A stretch of DNA of 64,000 nucleotides. Origin: Bacteroidia bacterium. GTDB lineage: Bacteria; Bacteroidota; Bacteroidia; JANWJV01. The stretch lies in the NCBI GenBank assembly GCA_025451785.1, contig JANWJV010000007.1:1596-65595 (forward strand). The letters are read 5' to 3'. This document shows positions 55,509-64,000 of the stretch, in pieces. The notes beneath the pieces are model-generated. The model was not told the origin of the DNA. It was given only the letters and a program-made list of their open reading frames with translations, and made no database searches. Each line of letters begins with the position of its first letter. Within the stretch, counting starts at the first letter, position 1. Made by a program: the position numbers and the translations under genes.

Positions 55509-57128
55509 CTACTGTTTCGCAACCAGCCTGCCTGATTGCATGATATTGCCCTTGCTGGTCAGTTCGTAGAAATATATCCCCGAAGGAAGGCTTCCTGTTT
55601 CAAGGATGCTGGTCTGTTGGCTGATAAAGGCCTTCATCACCACTTCTCCCAGAACATTATACATCCTCCACTCACAATTGCCGATCAATGATACGTCCAT
55701 AAGCCGGACGCTCACAGAGGAGCCGAAAGGATTGGGATAAATGGTTACCGATCCTTCGGCAGGCGCCAGGGAATTGATCCCCAATGTTCCGCAGTTGGAA
55801 GGTATGGAAGTAGCCACTGCCGTCACCGCAGCCGTAGTAAACGTTCCAGTGGTGGTAAGTGCCCGGCCGTCGAGCGTGACACCGGTCTTTAAGTTGATGG
55901 CTCCGTTATTAGCGATCAGCGTTCCCCTGAAAACAGAGTAATCGTTGATGCTTACCGCGCCGTCGATCTTCCAGAACACATTCTTTGCCTGTGTTCCATT
56001 GGTGAGGATCACCCTCGAGTAGGTGCTGGTGGACATTGCTCCGTTCACCTGTATAACGAACACCGCGTTTGCGTTGCCGCGCCCGTTAAGGTAAAGAGTA
56101 TCGGTGAATGTCACCGCCGCTTTCATGATATAGGTATGCGGGGTGAGGACCAGGTTCCGCCCAAACTGGGCAGGATACAATAGCTCGATGTCCGACGGAA
56201 GCGTGTTCAGGTAGGTATAAACAGTACCAAGGTCGGCCGCACATGCAGCGGTAGAAGCGTCAGGTATAGGATGGATAGCACCCGTTACATTCAAGGAATT
56301 GAAACCGGTAGTTAAACCTACATTGGTTCCAACATCTCCGGTAACATAGGTTACGCCCGCGTTGGTAAGCGCCCCGTTTCCGGAGAACAGACCATAACAA
56401 GCTGTAGAAGCCAGGTTAGCAGCAGCAGGTCCTGTAAGGACAGCGCTTCCGCAGCCAACAGGCGTATACGCCATCACGCCGTCAACAGTAATCGCCCCTG
56501 CAGTGCTCAGCGCTCTCCCTTCAAGGGTATCGCCTGCATTCATATTGATGGCCGCGTTGTTCGCAACAACAGTTCCTCTCATAGTGGTACCTGAAGCCAT
56601 GCTTACCAGTCCTTCTATTTTCCAGAACACATTACATGCCTGCGCGCCATTGATCAGTTTGACCTTGGCATTCGCATTGGTAGACAAAGGCCCCTGGATC
56701 TTCATAATGAACACCGCGTTCGCATTGCCTTGAGCGTTAAAGGTAAGGCTCTGGTTAATGGTTGCCGCAGCAGAAATAGAATACACGCCGGGAATAAGCA
56801 CCTGGCCGTTCCCGAGCAAAGGCGCGGGAAAGAAGGTGGCAGTGGTGGCGTTCAATTGGTTATAGGCGATCAGCAGGTCGGCAGCACATTGTGCCGTGGC
56901 GCCATTGTTATTTTGCATCCCGCCGTTCACATTCCCGAAACCGGTGCTGGAACCGTTGTTGGTCCCTACGTCGCCCGTGATCTGTGAAATGCCTGAATTA
57001 CCCATCGCTCCGTTAGTGGAGAACAGGACAAAATTGACGGCTGTGCCCAAATTGGGTTGCCCGAAGCTGATAAATGGCATTAGGAGCAGTATACCTGCTG
57101 ATAATGCATGGAGTAGTTTGGTTTTCAT
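55509..57128 (-). CDS. two-domain ice-binding family (DUF3494) protein with T9SS CTD
   Basis: Signal peptide. Two copies of LGTAxNFVLFSxNGA..N.G.SQITGDVGTN...NANAVF(I/V)...NVFWKI(E/D)G...GRAL(S/T)T.G. CTD IYPNPFGSS...GIYFYEL. Confidence 0.85.
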   Translation of the reverse strand: MKTKLLHALSAGILLLMPFISFGQPNLGTAVNFVLFSTNGAMGNSGISQITGDVGTNNGSSTGFGNVNGGMQNNNGATAQCAADLLIAYNQLNATTATFFPAPLLGNGQVLIPGVYSISAAATINQSLTFNAQGNANAVFIMKIQGPLSTNANAKVKLINGAQACNVFWKIEGLVSMASGTTMRGTVVANNAAINMNAGDTLEGRALSTAGAITVDGVMAYTPVGCGSAVLTGPAAANLASTACYGLFSGNGALTNAGVTYVTGDVGTNVGLTTGFNSLNVTGAIHPIPDASTAACAADLGTVYTYLNTLPSDIELLYPAQFGRNLVLTPHTYIMKAAVTFTDTLYLNGRGNANAVFVIQVNGAMSTSTYSRVILTNGTQAKNVFWKIDGAVSINDYSVFRGTLIANNGAINLKTGVTLDGRALTTTGTFTTAAVTAVATSIPSNCGTLGINSLAPAEGSVTIYPNPFGSSVSVRLMDVSLIGNCEWRMYNVLGEVVMKAFISQQTSILETGSLPSGIYFYELTSKGNIMQSGRLVAKQ

Positions 57129-57157
57129 GTTGGTTTTTGTGTTTAAGATTTATAAGG

Positions 57158-57222
57158 CAAAACTGCGAAGTATTGAACCCCCGCGCGTTACACAACCTTT
57201 TCAATAACTTACATGATTCACA
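57158..57222 (-). promoter_or_regulatory. tripartite stress-island promoter/operator, instance D (ice-binding gene 1)
   Basis: Minus strand reads TGTGAA-TC-ATGTAA-N16-TGTAAC-N21-CAGTTTTG. There are 29 nt to the ATG at 57128. Confidence 0.7.
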
Positions 57223-57241
57223 TTCTACCTTCAAGATCAAA

Positions 57242-57284
57242 ATAGGCAAGGCCCGCTACAAATATGAAGCGGGCCCTTGCCTAT
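57242..57284 (-). terminator. rho-independent terminator after ice-binding gene 2
   Basis: ATAGGCAAGGCCCGCT / AGCGGGCCCTTGCCTAT long stem with one bulge. On the minus strand it is followed by TTTTGATC. Confidence 0.75.
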
Positions 57285-57294
57285 GAAAAGTTTA

Positions 57295-58911
57295 CTACCT
57301 GGCAACCACACGGCCCGACTGAACGGTCGTACCATTGTTGATTACCCTGTAAGAATAGATCCCAGGAGCAAGGTCATTGCTTTCAAGGGTATTGGTTTGT
57401 TTCGTGAGGTTTGCATACATCACTTCGGCTCCCAGTACATTGTACATCCTCCATTCGTAATTACCGGCCTGCATAGCGCCGTTGATAACAATGGTGACAG
57501 AGCCGCTGAACGGGTTCGGGTAAATGCTAACTGCTTCGCCCGTATTCCCGGCCTCAAAAGAGGCGATGCCTGTGGTGAGACAGCCGGGAGGTATCACCGC
57601 ATCAATGGCTGCAGTGTTTACAGCACCGGTGGTGGTAAGAGCCCTGCCGTCGAGCGTGACCCCGGTGGTGAGGTTGATCGCGCCGTTGTTGGAAACGATC
57701 GTACCACGGAAAACAGAATAGTCGTTGATATCCACAGCTCCTTCGATCTTCCAATACACGTTCTTTGCCTGGGTTCCGTTGATCAGAATGACCTTTGAAT
57801 ACGTACTGGTAGAAAGGGCGCCATTCGCCATGATCACAAATACCGCGTTGGCATTGCCGCGAGCATTGAGGTACAGCGTATCAGTAAAGGTTACAGCTGC
57901 TTTCATAATGTATGTATGCGGTGTAAGAACCAGGTTGTTCCCGAATTGTGCAGGGTACAGCAGTTCTATGTCGGGGCTGAGCGTGTTAAGATAGTTGTAA
58001 ACGTTCAGCAGGTCGGCTGCGCATGTTGTGGTAGATCCATCGGGAATAGGATGGATAGCGCCTGTTACGTTCAACGAGTTGTAACCGGTGGTAAGACCGA
58101 GATTCGTTCCGATATCGCCTGTAACGTAGGTTACACCTGTATTGGTCACCGGTCCGTCGGACGAAAAGATGGCGTAACATATTGTGGACGCAAGCGCGGG
58201 AGCGGCGGGCCCTGTAAGAACCACACTTCCGCAACCGATGGGCAAATAAGCCATCACACCGTCAACCGTAACAGCGCCGGTGGTAGAAAGCGCCCTGCCT
58301 TCAAGCGTATCTCCTGTGCTCATGTTAATGGCAGCGTTGTTGGCAACAATAGTTCCCCGCATGGTAGTGCCTGAAGCCAGGCTTACCAGCCCTTCCACTT
58401 TCCAGAACACATTGCATGCTTTGGCACCGTTGATCAGCTTTACCTTTGCATTTGCGGCGGCGGAAAAGGGTCCTTCTATCTGAATAATAAATACCGCGCT
58501 GGCACTGCCTTTTGCATTCAGAAACAGGTCCAGGTTGAGTGTTGCAGCAGCGGCGATGGAATACACGCCCGCAATAAGAGTGTCTCCGTTTCCGAGCAAT
58601 GATGAGGGAAAAAAGGTGGGAATGGTGGCATCCAACTGATTGTACGCTATCAGAAGGTCAGCCGCGCACTGTGCGCTTGCGCCATCCTGATCATGCATCC
58701 CGCCGTTCACGTTGCCGAAACCGGTGCTGATACCATTGTTGGTGCCTACGTTGCCAGTAAGCTGTGATATGCCTGTATTGCCTACTGCCCCATTCGTGGA
58801 GAAGAGAACAAACTCGGCAGCTGTCCCCAGGTTGGGTGCCTGCCCGAAGTTTATCGTCGGCATTAAGAACAGGATACCTGCTGTTAATACACTGAGTAGA
58901 TTGGTTTTCAT
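57295..58911 (-). CDS. two-domain ice-binding family (DUF3494) protein with T9SS CTD, paralog of 55509-57128
   Basis: The ATG at 58911 (or 58917) gives MKTNLLSVLTAGILFLMPTINFGQ. Same two-domain pattern as the paralog. CTD IYPNPFSGS...GIYSYRV. Confidence 0.85.
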   Translation of the reverse strand: MKTNLLSVLTAGILFLMPTINFGQAPNLGTAAEFVLFSTNGAVGNTGISQLTGNVGTNNGISTGFGNVNGGMHDQDGASAQCAADLLIAYNQLDATIPTFFPSSLLGNGDTLIAGVYSIAAAATLNLDLFLNAKGSASAVFIIQIEGPFSAAANAKVKLINGAKACNVFWKVEGLVSLASGTTMRGTIVANNAAINMSTGDTLEGRALSTTGAVTVDGVMAYLPIGCGSVVLTGPAAPALASTICYAIFSSDGPVTNTGVTYVTGDIGTNLGLTTGYNSLNVTGAIHPIPDGSTTTCAADLLNVYNYLNTLSPDIELLYPAQFGNNLVLTPHTYIMKAAVTFTDTLYLNARGNANAVFVIMANGALSTSTYSKVILINGTQAKNVYWKIEGAVDINDYSVFRGTIVSNNGAINLTTGVTLDGRALTTTGAVNTAAIDAVIPPGCLTTGIASFEAGNTGEAVSIYPNPFSGSVTIVINGAMQAGNYEWRMYNVLGAEVMYANLTKQTNTLESNDLAPGIYSYRVINNGTTVQSGRVVAR

Positions 58912-58948
58912 TTTCATTGGTTTTAGTGGTGAATACATTTTCACTTCG

Positions 58949-59013
58949 CAAAGATGCAGCCCATGCCCAGGACTTATATTACATGACTTTGTCAATTACT
59001 TGTATGATTCACA
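58949..59013 (-). promoter_or_regulatory. tripartite stress-island promoter/operator, instance E (ice-binding gene 2)
   Basis: Minus strand reads TGTGAA-TC-ATACAA-N16-TGTAAT-N21-CATCTTTG. There are 37 nt to the ATG at 58911. Confidence 0.65.
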
Positions 59014-59036
59014 CAATGCACTTTAGGGGTAAATGA

Positions 59037-59071
59037 AAAGCGCCGTTGCGGTAATACCGCAACGGCGCTTT
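59037..59071 (-). terminator. rho-independent terminator after ice-binding gene 3
   Basis: Perfect palindrome AAAGCGCCGTTGCGGTA-A-TACCGCAACGGCGCTTT. On the minus strand it is followed by TCATTT. Confidence 0.75.
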
Positions 59072-59090
59072 ATGTATCATTGAACTCTTA

Positions 59091-59831
59091 CTACTTCACA
59101 ATGGTATTAGCCGCCATCGTAACCGCACCGGTCCTTGCCAGTGCCATGCCGTCGAGCGTGGCTCCGGTATTGAAGGAGATGGATTGCATGGCCATTACGA
59201 CCCCTTTAAAGACCGACGTGGTCCCGAAGGTTGCCGAGCTGCCTACCTGCCAGAAAATGTGGGAGGCTTGCGCTCCGCCTTTCAGGATCACCTGGCGGCC
59301 CGAAGTGGTGGTAAGCGTGGATGCCATCTGAAGAATGAACACCGCGTTCGCATCTCCTTTCGCGTCGAATGTAAGGTCGCCCGATGATATGGCAAACGAG
59401 GACGTGGATTTGTAAAGCCCGGGTGTAAGTGTAAGCCCGCCCAGGTTTCCCGACAAGGTAACCATGTCAGGAGCTGTGCGACCGGCCGCGTCATTATAAG
59501 CCGCGGTCAAGTCCAGTTTCGCCTGGCTGGCAGTGGGGTCGTTCACGTGTTTGGTTCCTACAATGATCCCGGGAGGAAAACCGCCCAGTGAAGAACCGGG
59601 ACTCAGGCCGACATCGCCGGTGATCTGTGTGGCGCCGGTACTGGTAACGGCCGATCCCGCAAGTACAGCAAAGGCGGCTGCGCCGTTCAGCGTCACCATG
59701 CCGTGCACGGTCGTTTGAGTAGGGATCACAATAGGATTATTGCTCGCCGGCTGCGCCTTATCTTTCTTGCAGGCCGCAATAACAACAACCGATACAATGG
59801 CAAGGGTTGTCAATAATTTTAGATTTTTCAT
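59091..59831 (-). CDS. single-domain ice-binding family (DUF3494) lipoprotein
   Basis: Lipobox VVIAAC-K. Canonical AAAFAVLAGSAVTSTGATQITGDVGLSPGSSLGGFPPG, DANAVFILQM, HIFWQVGSSATFG and GMALARTGAVTM motifs. No CTD. Confidence 0.9.
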   Translation of the reverse strand: MKNLKLLTTLAIVSVVVIAACKKDKAQPASNNPIVIPTQTTVHGMVTLNGAAAFAVLAGSAVTSTGATQITGDVGLSPGSSLGGFPPGIIVGTKHVNDPTASQAKLDLTAAYNDAAGRTAPDMVTLSGNLGGLTLTPGLYKSTSSFAISSGDLTFDAKGDANAVFILQMASTLTTTSGRQVILKGGAQASHIFWQVGSSATFGTTSVFKGVVMAMQSISFNTGATLDGMALARTGAVTMAANTIVK

Positions 59832-59872
59832 TTGATCTGTCTTAACGCGGTAAATGATTTTTTACTGCGTTA

Positions 59873-59937
59873 CAAAGGTGAGCACCTTCCGGAGGATCCG
59901 TATTGCATTACTTTGGGAAAGAGTTACATAATTTCGA
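59873..59937 (-). promoter_or_regulatory. tripartite stress-island promoter/operator, instance F (ice-binding gene 3)
   Basis: Minus strand reads TCGAAA-TT-ATGTAA-N16-TGCAAT-N21-CACCTTTG. The distal hexamer is degenerate. There are 41 nt to the ATG at 59831. Confidence 0.55.
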
Positions 59938-59952
59938 TCGTCTGTTTAAACG

Positions 59953-59986
59953 AAAAAGGACAGGTTCTCTTTCCTGTCCTTTTTTT
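59953..59986 (-). terminator. terminator after csbD (symmetrical A/T-flanked hairpin)
   Basis: AAAAAGGACAGG-ttctcttt-CCTGTCCTTTTTTT. U tracts are present in both orientations. Confidence 0.75.
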
Positions 59987-60002
59987 GTCCTTCATAGGAG
60001 AA

Positions 60003-60227
60003 TTAAACCTTCTCCGGCTGGCCCTTTTGGATGATGTTGATCACCTCTTCGCGCTTTTTGTTGAGCTTGCTTTCAAGCCTCCCAAGCAGTTCGCTCTCCT
60101 TGCCGGTTTCGAACTTGAGGTCCGAATCGGTCAGCTGAGAAAATTTGCCTTTAAGCACTTTTGCTTGTTCATCCCAGTCACCTGTGATCTTAAACGGAGC
60201 GTCACTTTTGTTGTTTGTTGTGTCCAT
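60003..60227 (-). CDS. CsbD family general stress protein
   Basis: The ATG at 60227 gives MDTTNNKSDAPFKITGDWDEQAKVLKGKFSQLTDSDL.F..GKE.EL.G.L, a CsbD-like pattern. The track start at 60257 is non-ATG. Confidence 0.8.
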   Translation of the reverse strand: MDTTNNKSDAPFKITGDWDEQAKVLKGKFSQLTDSDLKFETGKESELLGRLESKLNKKREEVINIIQKGQPEKV

Positions 60228-60254
60228 GTTCTTGTTGATTGATTGATTCAGGGA

Positions 60255-60319
60255 CAAAGGTGAGGCTATCTTCCGGCAGGGTACTTATATAGTTATGTCA
60301 AAATATTACACATATCACA
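60255..60319 (-). promoter_or_regulatory. tripartite stress-island promoter/operator, instance G (csbD)
   Basis: Minus strand reads TGTGAT-AT-GTGTAA-N16-TATAAG-N21-CACCTTTG. There are 27 nt to the ATG at 60227. The distal hexamer overlaps the AraC gene stop. Confidence 0.55.
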
Positions 60320-60875
60320 TGTTTTCGAGGTTGCCCTTTCGCTTTTGTTTCAGCTTCTTGTAAAAGGAAGGGGAAAGACCGGTGATCTTTTTGAACTGGT
60401 TCGAGAGGTGCGCAACACTGCTGTAATGCAGCCTGTACGAGATCTCCGTAAGGTTCAGTTCGTCGTAAAGGAGCAATTCTTTTACTCTTTCGATCTTATG
60501 AACAATGATGAACTGCTGAATGGTAATGCCCTTAACTTCTGAGAATATGTTGGCCAGGTAGGTGTAGTCATAGCCCAGTTTTTCGCTTATGTATTCCGAA
60601 TAGTTCGTTTTGGGCAGCTCATCAGAGTAATGGATCATTTCGGTGATCACATTCTTTATCTTCTCGATCAGGATGCTCCTCTTCGTATCGAGCAGTTCAA
60701 GGCCTGAACGGCGAAGGTTCTCTTTCAGTTGCTGCCGCTGCTGCTGCGTAATATCTTCCATGATCTCCACCAGGCCCAGGTCAACCACAACGTAGCGCAG
60801 CCCAAGCTTTTTCAGCTCTTCCTTCACCATCATTTTGCAGCGCAAACTGACCATATACTTGATGTACAACTTCAT
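60315..60875 (-). CDS. AraC family transcriptional regulator with small N-terminal ferredoxin-like domain
   Basis: The ATG at 60875 gives MKLYIKYMVSLRCKMMVKEELKKLGL. C-terminal AraC HTH: LTEISYRLHYSSVAHLSNQFKKITGLSPS. Confidence 0.85.
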   Translation of the reverse strand: MKLYIKYMVSLRCKMMVKEELKKLGLRYVVVDLGLVEIMEDITQQQRQQLKENLRRSGLELLDTKRSILIEKIKNVITEMIHYSDELPKTNYSEYISEKLGYDYTYLANIFSEVKGITIQQFIIVHKIERVKELLLYDELNLTEISYRLHYSSVAHLSNQFKKITGLSPSFYKKLKQKRKGNLENM

Positions 60876-60940
60876 TGTTGTCCCCAATAGGGATCTCCTG
60901 TTGCGATTAAGAAAAATACGGGTGGTTTGCCTGGGAGGTG

Positions 60941-63900
60941 TTATTTCCCGTGGCAGTTCTTAAACTTCTTGCCACTGCCGCAAGGACAAGGCTCGTTCCT
61001 CCCTACCTGCTTCTCCACTTTCACAGGCTGTATCTTCTCCTGCTGCTGGTTCTGCATCTCGGGCCTTTGCTGCTGGGGAGTATCATCTGCACGTGAGGTC
61101 TTGAGGTTCTGCTTCACCTTTTGCGGGCCGCGGGCCTGCTGCACATTGGTACCGTCGCCGGGCAAATTGCCTTTCACCAGGAAAGCGATCACTTCCCTGT
61201 TCACCTTCTGCACCATTTGCTTGAAGAGGTTGAAAGATTCAAACTTATAGATGAGCAGCGGGTCCTTCTGTTCGTACACCGCGTTCTGTACGCTCTGCTT
61301 CAGGTCGTCCATCTCCCGCAGGTGTTCTTTCCAGGCATCGTCGATCATGGCCAGCACAATTCCTTTCTCAAAGCTCAGCACCATTTCCTTGCCGCCGCTC
61401 TCGATCGTCTTCTTCATATTGGCCATCACCTGTATGGTACGAAGGCCGTCGGTAAATCCTGTCATGATGTTCTCGAACGTGTTCGAGGGATTCCCGTACA
61501 CTTCCTTCACCACAGGCAATACACGCTCCGCTATCTGCTCGTTCTTTTCCCTGTAATGCTGTTCGGCATGCTGGTACACTCTCGCGGCGATCTCCTGCGT
61601 GTTCAGCGCGTTGAACTCCTCTTCGGTCACCGGTGATTCGATAGAAAAGGTTCTGATAAGATCGAGCTTGAAGCTCTCGTAATCTTTTACATCCTCGTAG
61701 TCGGAAGCGATGTTCTCCGCCACGTCGTACATGGTGTTAGCGATGTCAACCGAAAGGCGTTCACCAAAAAGTCCGTGCCTGCGTTTTTTATAGATCACCT
61801 CGCGCTGCGAGTTCATCACGTCATCGTATTCAATAAGGCGCTTACGTATGCCGAAATTGTTCTCTTCCACTTTTTTCTGCGCGCGCTCTATGGAACGGGT
61901 GATCATGGAGTGTTCGATCACTTCACCTTCCTCAATACCCATTCTGTCCATCAGTTTGGCGATGCGTTCCGATCCGAACAGGCGCATCAGGTCGTCCTCG
62001 AGCGAGGAGAAGAACCTCGATGAGCCGGGGTCGCCCTGCCTGCCCGCACGTCCGCGTAGCTGCCTGTCAACACGGCGCGACTCATGACGCTCCGTGCCGA
62101 TGATAGCCAAACCACCCGCCTCACGAACTCCGGCACCCAGCTTAATGTCGGTACCACGGCCCGCCATGTTGGTAGCGATGGTAACCGTACCCGGCTTACC
62201 CGCTTCGGCCACGATCTCCGCTTCACGTTGGTGCAGCTTCGCGTTAAGAACATTATGACGTATGCCTTTTATCTTAAGCATGCGGCTCAGCAGTTCCGAT
62301 ATCTCCACCGACGTAGTACCCACCAGCACCGGCCTTCCCGCCTCCACACATTTCACGATCTCATCGATGACCGCGTTATATTTCTCACGCTTGGTTTTAT
62401 AAACCAGGTCGTTGCTGTCTTTCCTTACGATAGGCTTATTGGTGGGGATCACCACTACATCAAGCTTATAAATGCTCCAGAACTCGCCCGCTTCCGTTTC
62501 CGCTGTACCGGTCATGCCGGCCAGTTTGCTGTACATCCTGAAATAGTTCTGTAACGTAATGGTAGCATAGGTTTGGGTCGCCGCCTCGATCTTCACATTC
62601 TCCTTCGCCTCTATGGCCTGGTGCAGGCCGTCAGAATAACGGCGGCCATCCATGATACGGCCCGTTTGCTCATCGACGATCTTCACCTTGCCGTCCATGA
62701 TCACGTATTCCACGTCCTTCTCGAACAGCGTATACGCCTTTAGCAATTGGTTGATGGTATGCACACGCTCGCTCTGTATCGCGAAATTGCGGAGCAGCTC
62801 ATCTTTCAGTTTCGCCTTCTCCGCGTCTGCCACCTGCATCTTTTCGATCTCCGCCACTTCGGAACCTACATCGGGTAGCACAAAGAACTTCGCGTCTTCA
62901 CTTGAGTTAGACACCAGTTCAATTCCTTTTTCTGTAAGCTCTATACTGTTGTGTTTCTCGTCGATAACAAAGAACAGTTCAGCATCCACTTTATGCATCT
63001 CCCTGTTCTGGTCCTGCATGTAGTAGTTCTCTGTCTTTTGAAGTACGGCCCTTACGCCTGGTTCGCTCAAAAATTTGATAAGCGCCTTGTTCTTAGGAAG
63101 ACCACGATAAGCACGCAATAACGACATCCCCCCTTCCTTATCTTTTTTCTCGGCCAGCAGCTTCTTAGAATCCGCAATGGCTGTATTGATATAGTTACGC
63201 TGGGCATTCACCAGCTTTTCGATCTTGGGTTTCAGTTCCTGAAACTCCTGCTTGTCGCCTTTGGGAGTAGGGCCCGAAATAATAAGCGGTGTACGCGCGT
63301 CATCGATCAGCACCGAGTCCACCTCATCCACAATTGCGTAGTTGTGCTTGCGCTGCACCAGTTCTTCCGGGTCGCGCGCCATGTTGTCGCGGAGGTAATC
63401 GAAACCAAATTCGTTATTGGTGCCGTAAGTGATATCAGCCTGGTAGGCTTTTCTTCTTTCTGATGAGTTCGGCTCGTGCTTATCAATGCAGTCAACGCTA
63501 AGGCCGAGGAACTCGAACAAAGGACCGTTCCACTCGCTGTCGCGTTTAGAAAGGTAGTTGTTCACCGTTACCACGTGCAGGCCGCGGCCTGGCAGCGCGT
63601 TAAGGTATACAGGCAGTGTAGCCACAAGGGTCTTACCTTCACCGGTAGCCATCTCCGATATCTTACCCTGGTGTAGCACGATGCCACCGATGAGCTGCAC
63701 GTCGTAATGCACCATGTCCCAGGTAACAGTATTGCCTGCCGCCTCCCAGCTGTTCTGCCAGGTGGCCTTTTCACCATCAATGGTAATGTGCGGACGAATA
63801 ACCGCCAGGTCCTTGTCCATTTGGGTGGCAGCAACGGTAATGCTTTTGTTCTCTTTGAAACGGCGTGCCGTTTCTTTCACTACGGCGAAAGCCTCGGGAA

Positions 63901-64000
63901 GTATGTCGTTCAGTACCGTTTCGGTCTTCTTCACGATCTCCTTCTCTACCGCGTCGATCTCTACGTAATGTTTCTCCTTAGCATCGATCTCCTCCTCACT
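60941..64000 (-). CDS. secA: preprotein translocase subunit SecA (N-terminus outside window)
   Basis: The frame stays open to position 64000. DEAD-like EMATGEGKT and DEVDSVLID, and the C-terminal zinc motif [14 protein letters not shown]. Confidence 0.97.
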   Translation of the reverse strand, partial: SEEEIDAKEKHYVEIDAVEKEIVKKTETVLNDILPEAFAVVKETARRFKENKSITVAATQMDKDLAVIRPHITIDGEKATWQNSWEAAGNTVTWDMVHYDVQLIGGIVLHQGKISEMATGEGKTLVATLPVYLNALPGRGLHVVTVNNYLSKRDSEWNGPLFEFLGLSVDCIDKHEPNSSERRKAYQADITYGTNNEFGFDYLRDNMARDPEELVQRKHNYAIVDEVDSVLIDDARTPLIISGPTPKGDKQEFQELKPKIEKLVNAQRNYINTAIADSKKLLAEKKDKEGGMSLLRAYRGLPKNKALIKFLSEPGVRAVLQKTENYYMQDQNREMHKVDAELFFVIDEKHNSIELTEKGIELVSNSSEDAKFFVLPDVGSEVAEIEKMQVADAEKAKLKDELLRNFAIQSERVHTINQLLKAYTLFEKDVEYVIMDGKVKIVDEQTGRIMDGRRYSDGLHQAIEAKENVKIEAATQTYATITLQNYFRMYSKLAGMTGTAETEAGEFWSIYKLDVVVIPTNKPIVRKDSNDLVYKTKREKYNAVIDEIVKCVEAGRPVLVGTTSVEISELLSRMLKIKGIRHNVLNAKLHQREAEIVAEAGKPGTVTIATNMAGRGTDIKLGAGVREAGGLAIIGTERHESRRVDRQLRGRAGRQGDPGSSRFFSSLEDDLMRLFGSERIAKLMDRMGIEEGEVIEHSMITRSIERAQKKVEENNFGIRKRLIEYDDVMNSQREVIYKKRRHGLFGERLSVDIANTMYDVAENIASDYEDVKDYESFKLDLIRTFSIESPVTEEEFNALNTQEIAARVYQHAEQHYREKNEQIAERVLPVVKEVYGNPSNTFENIMTGFTDGLRTIQVMANMKKTIESGGKEMVLSFEKGIVLAMIDDAWKEHLREMDDLKQSVQNAVYEQKDPLLIYKFESFNLFKQMVQKVNREVIAFLVKGNLPGDGTNVQQARGPQKVKQNLKTSRADDTPQQQRPEMQNQQQEKIQPVKVEKQVGRNEPCPCGSGKKFKNCHGK

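Overview
This is a chromosomal window from a Bacteroidota genome. The evidence is nine ORFs ending in type IX secretion (T9SS) C-terminal sorting domains, gldH, a PorZ-like gene, TAnnTTTG-type promoter boxes and mostly Shine-Dalgarno-less starts. All family calls rest on motifs read by eye; no database search was run.

**1-47.6 kb (mostly core genes):**
- gpmI (partial), a LolC/E-like permease, a DUF1343/NamZ-like gene, an aminotransferase, three tandem DUF1573 paralogs and valS.
- A stop/start-overlapping operon: TPR membrane protein, DUF3822, rsmD, coaD.
- A RecD-like helicase.
- A run of T9SS-secreted propeller/repeat proteins at 17.7-26.2 kb.
- PSP1/RicT-like, gldH, gltX and folB, then a PLD-family protein, a SpoIIE phosphatase, tRNA-Cys and gluQ.
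- A 1237-aa TraB/GumN protein, an IS200-like REP-associated transposase (RAYT) with an adjacent REP hairpin array, the PorZ-like gene, a racemase, DinB, an ECF sigma/anti-sigma pair and tRNA-Arg.

**47.6-60.9 kb (minus-strand stress island):**
- It carries beta-barrel OMPs, a hydrophilin-like peptide, two lmo0937-type peptides, YtxH, a holin-X-like protein, an AI-2E transporter, catalase and CsbD.
- It also carries a membrane-anchored receiver-only response regulator, three DUF3494 ice-binding proteins and an AraC regulator.

**Main finding:** seven transcription units in this island are each preceded by the same 65-bp, rigidly spaced motif: TGTGAA-N2-ATGTAA-N16-TGTAAC-N21-CAnnTTTG. This looks like a dedicated promoter/operator class for a stress regulon that, as far as I know, has not been described.

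**Other observations:**
- Six independent heptanucleotide tandem arrays sit at or inside genes (valS, gldH, gltX, gluQ).
- Two adjacent paralogs are each built from six 261-bp (87-aa) FG-GAP-like repeats.

secA (partial) closes the window.
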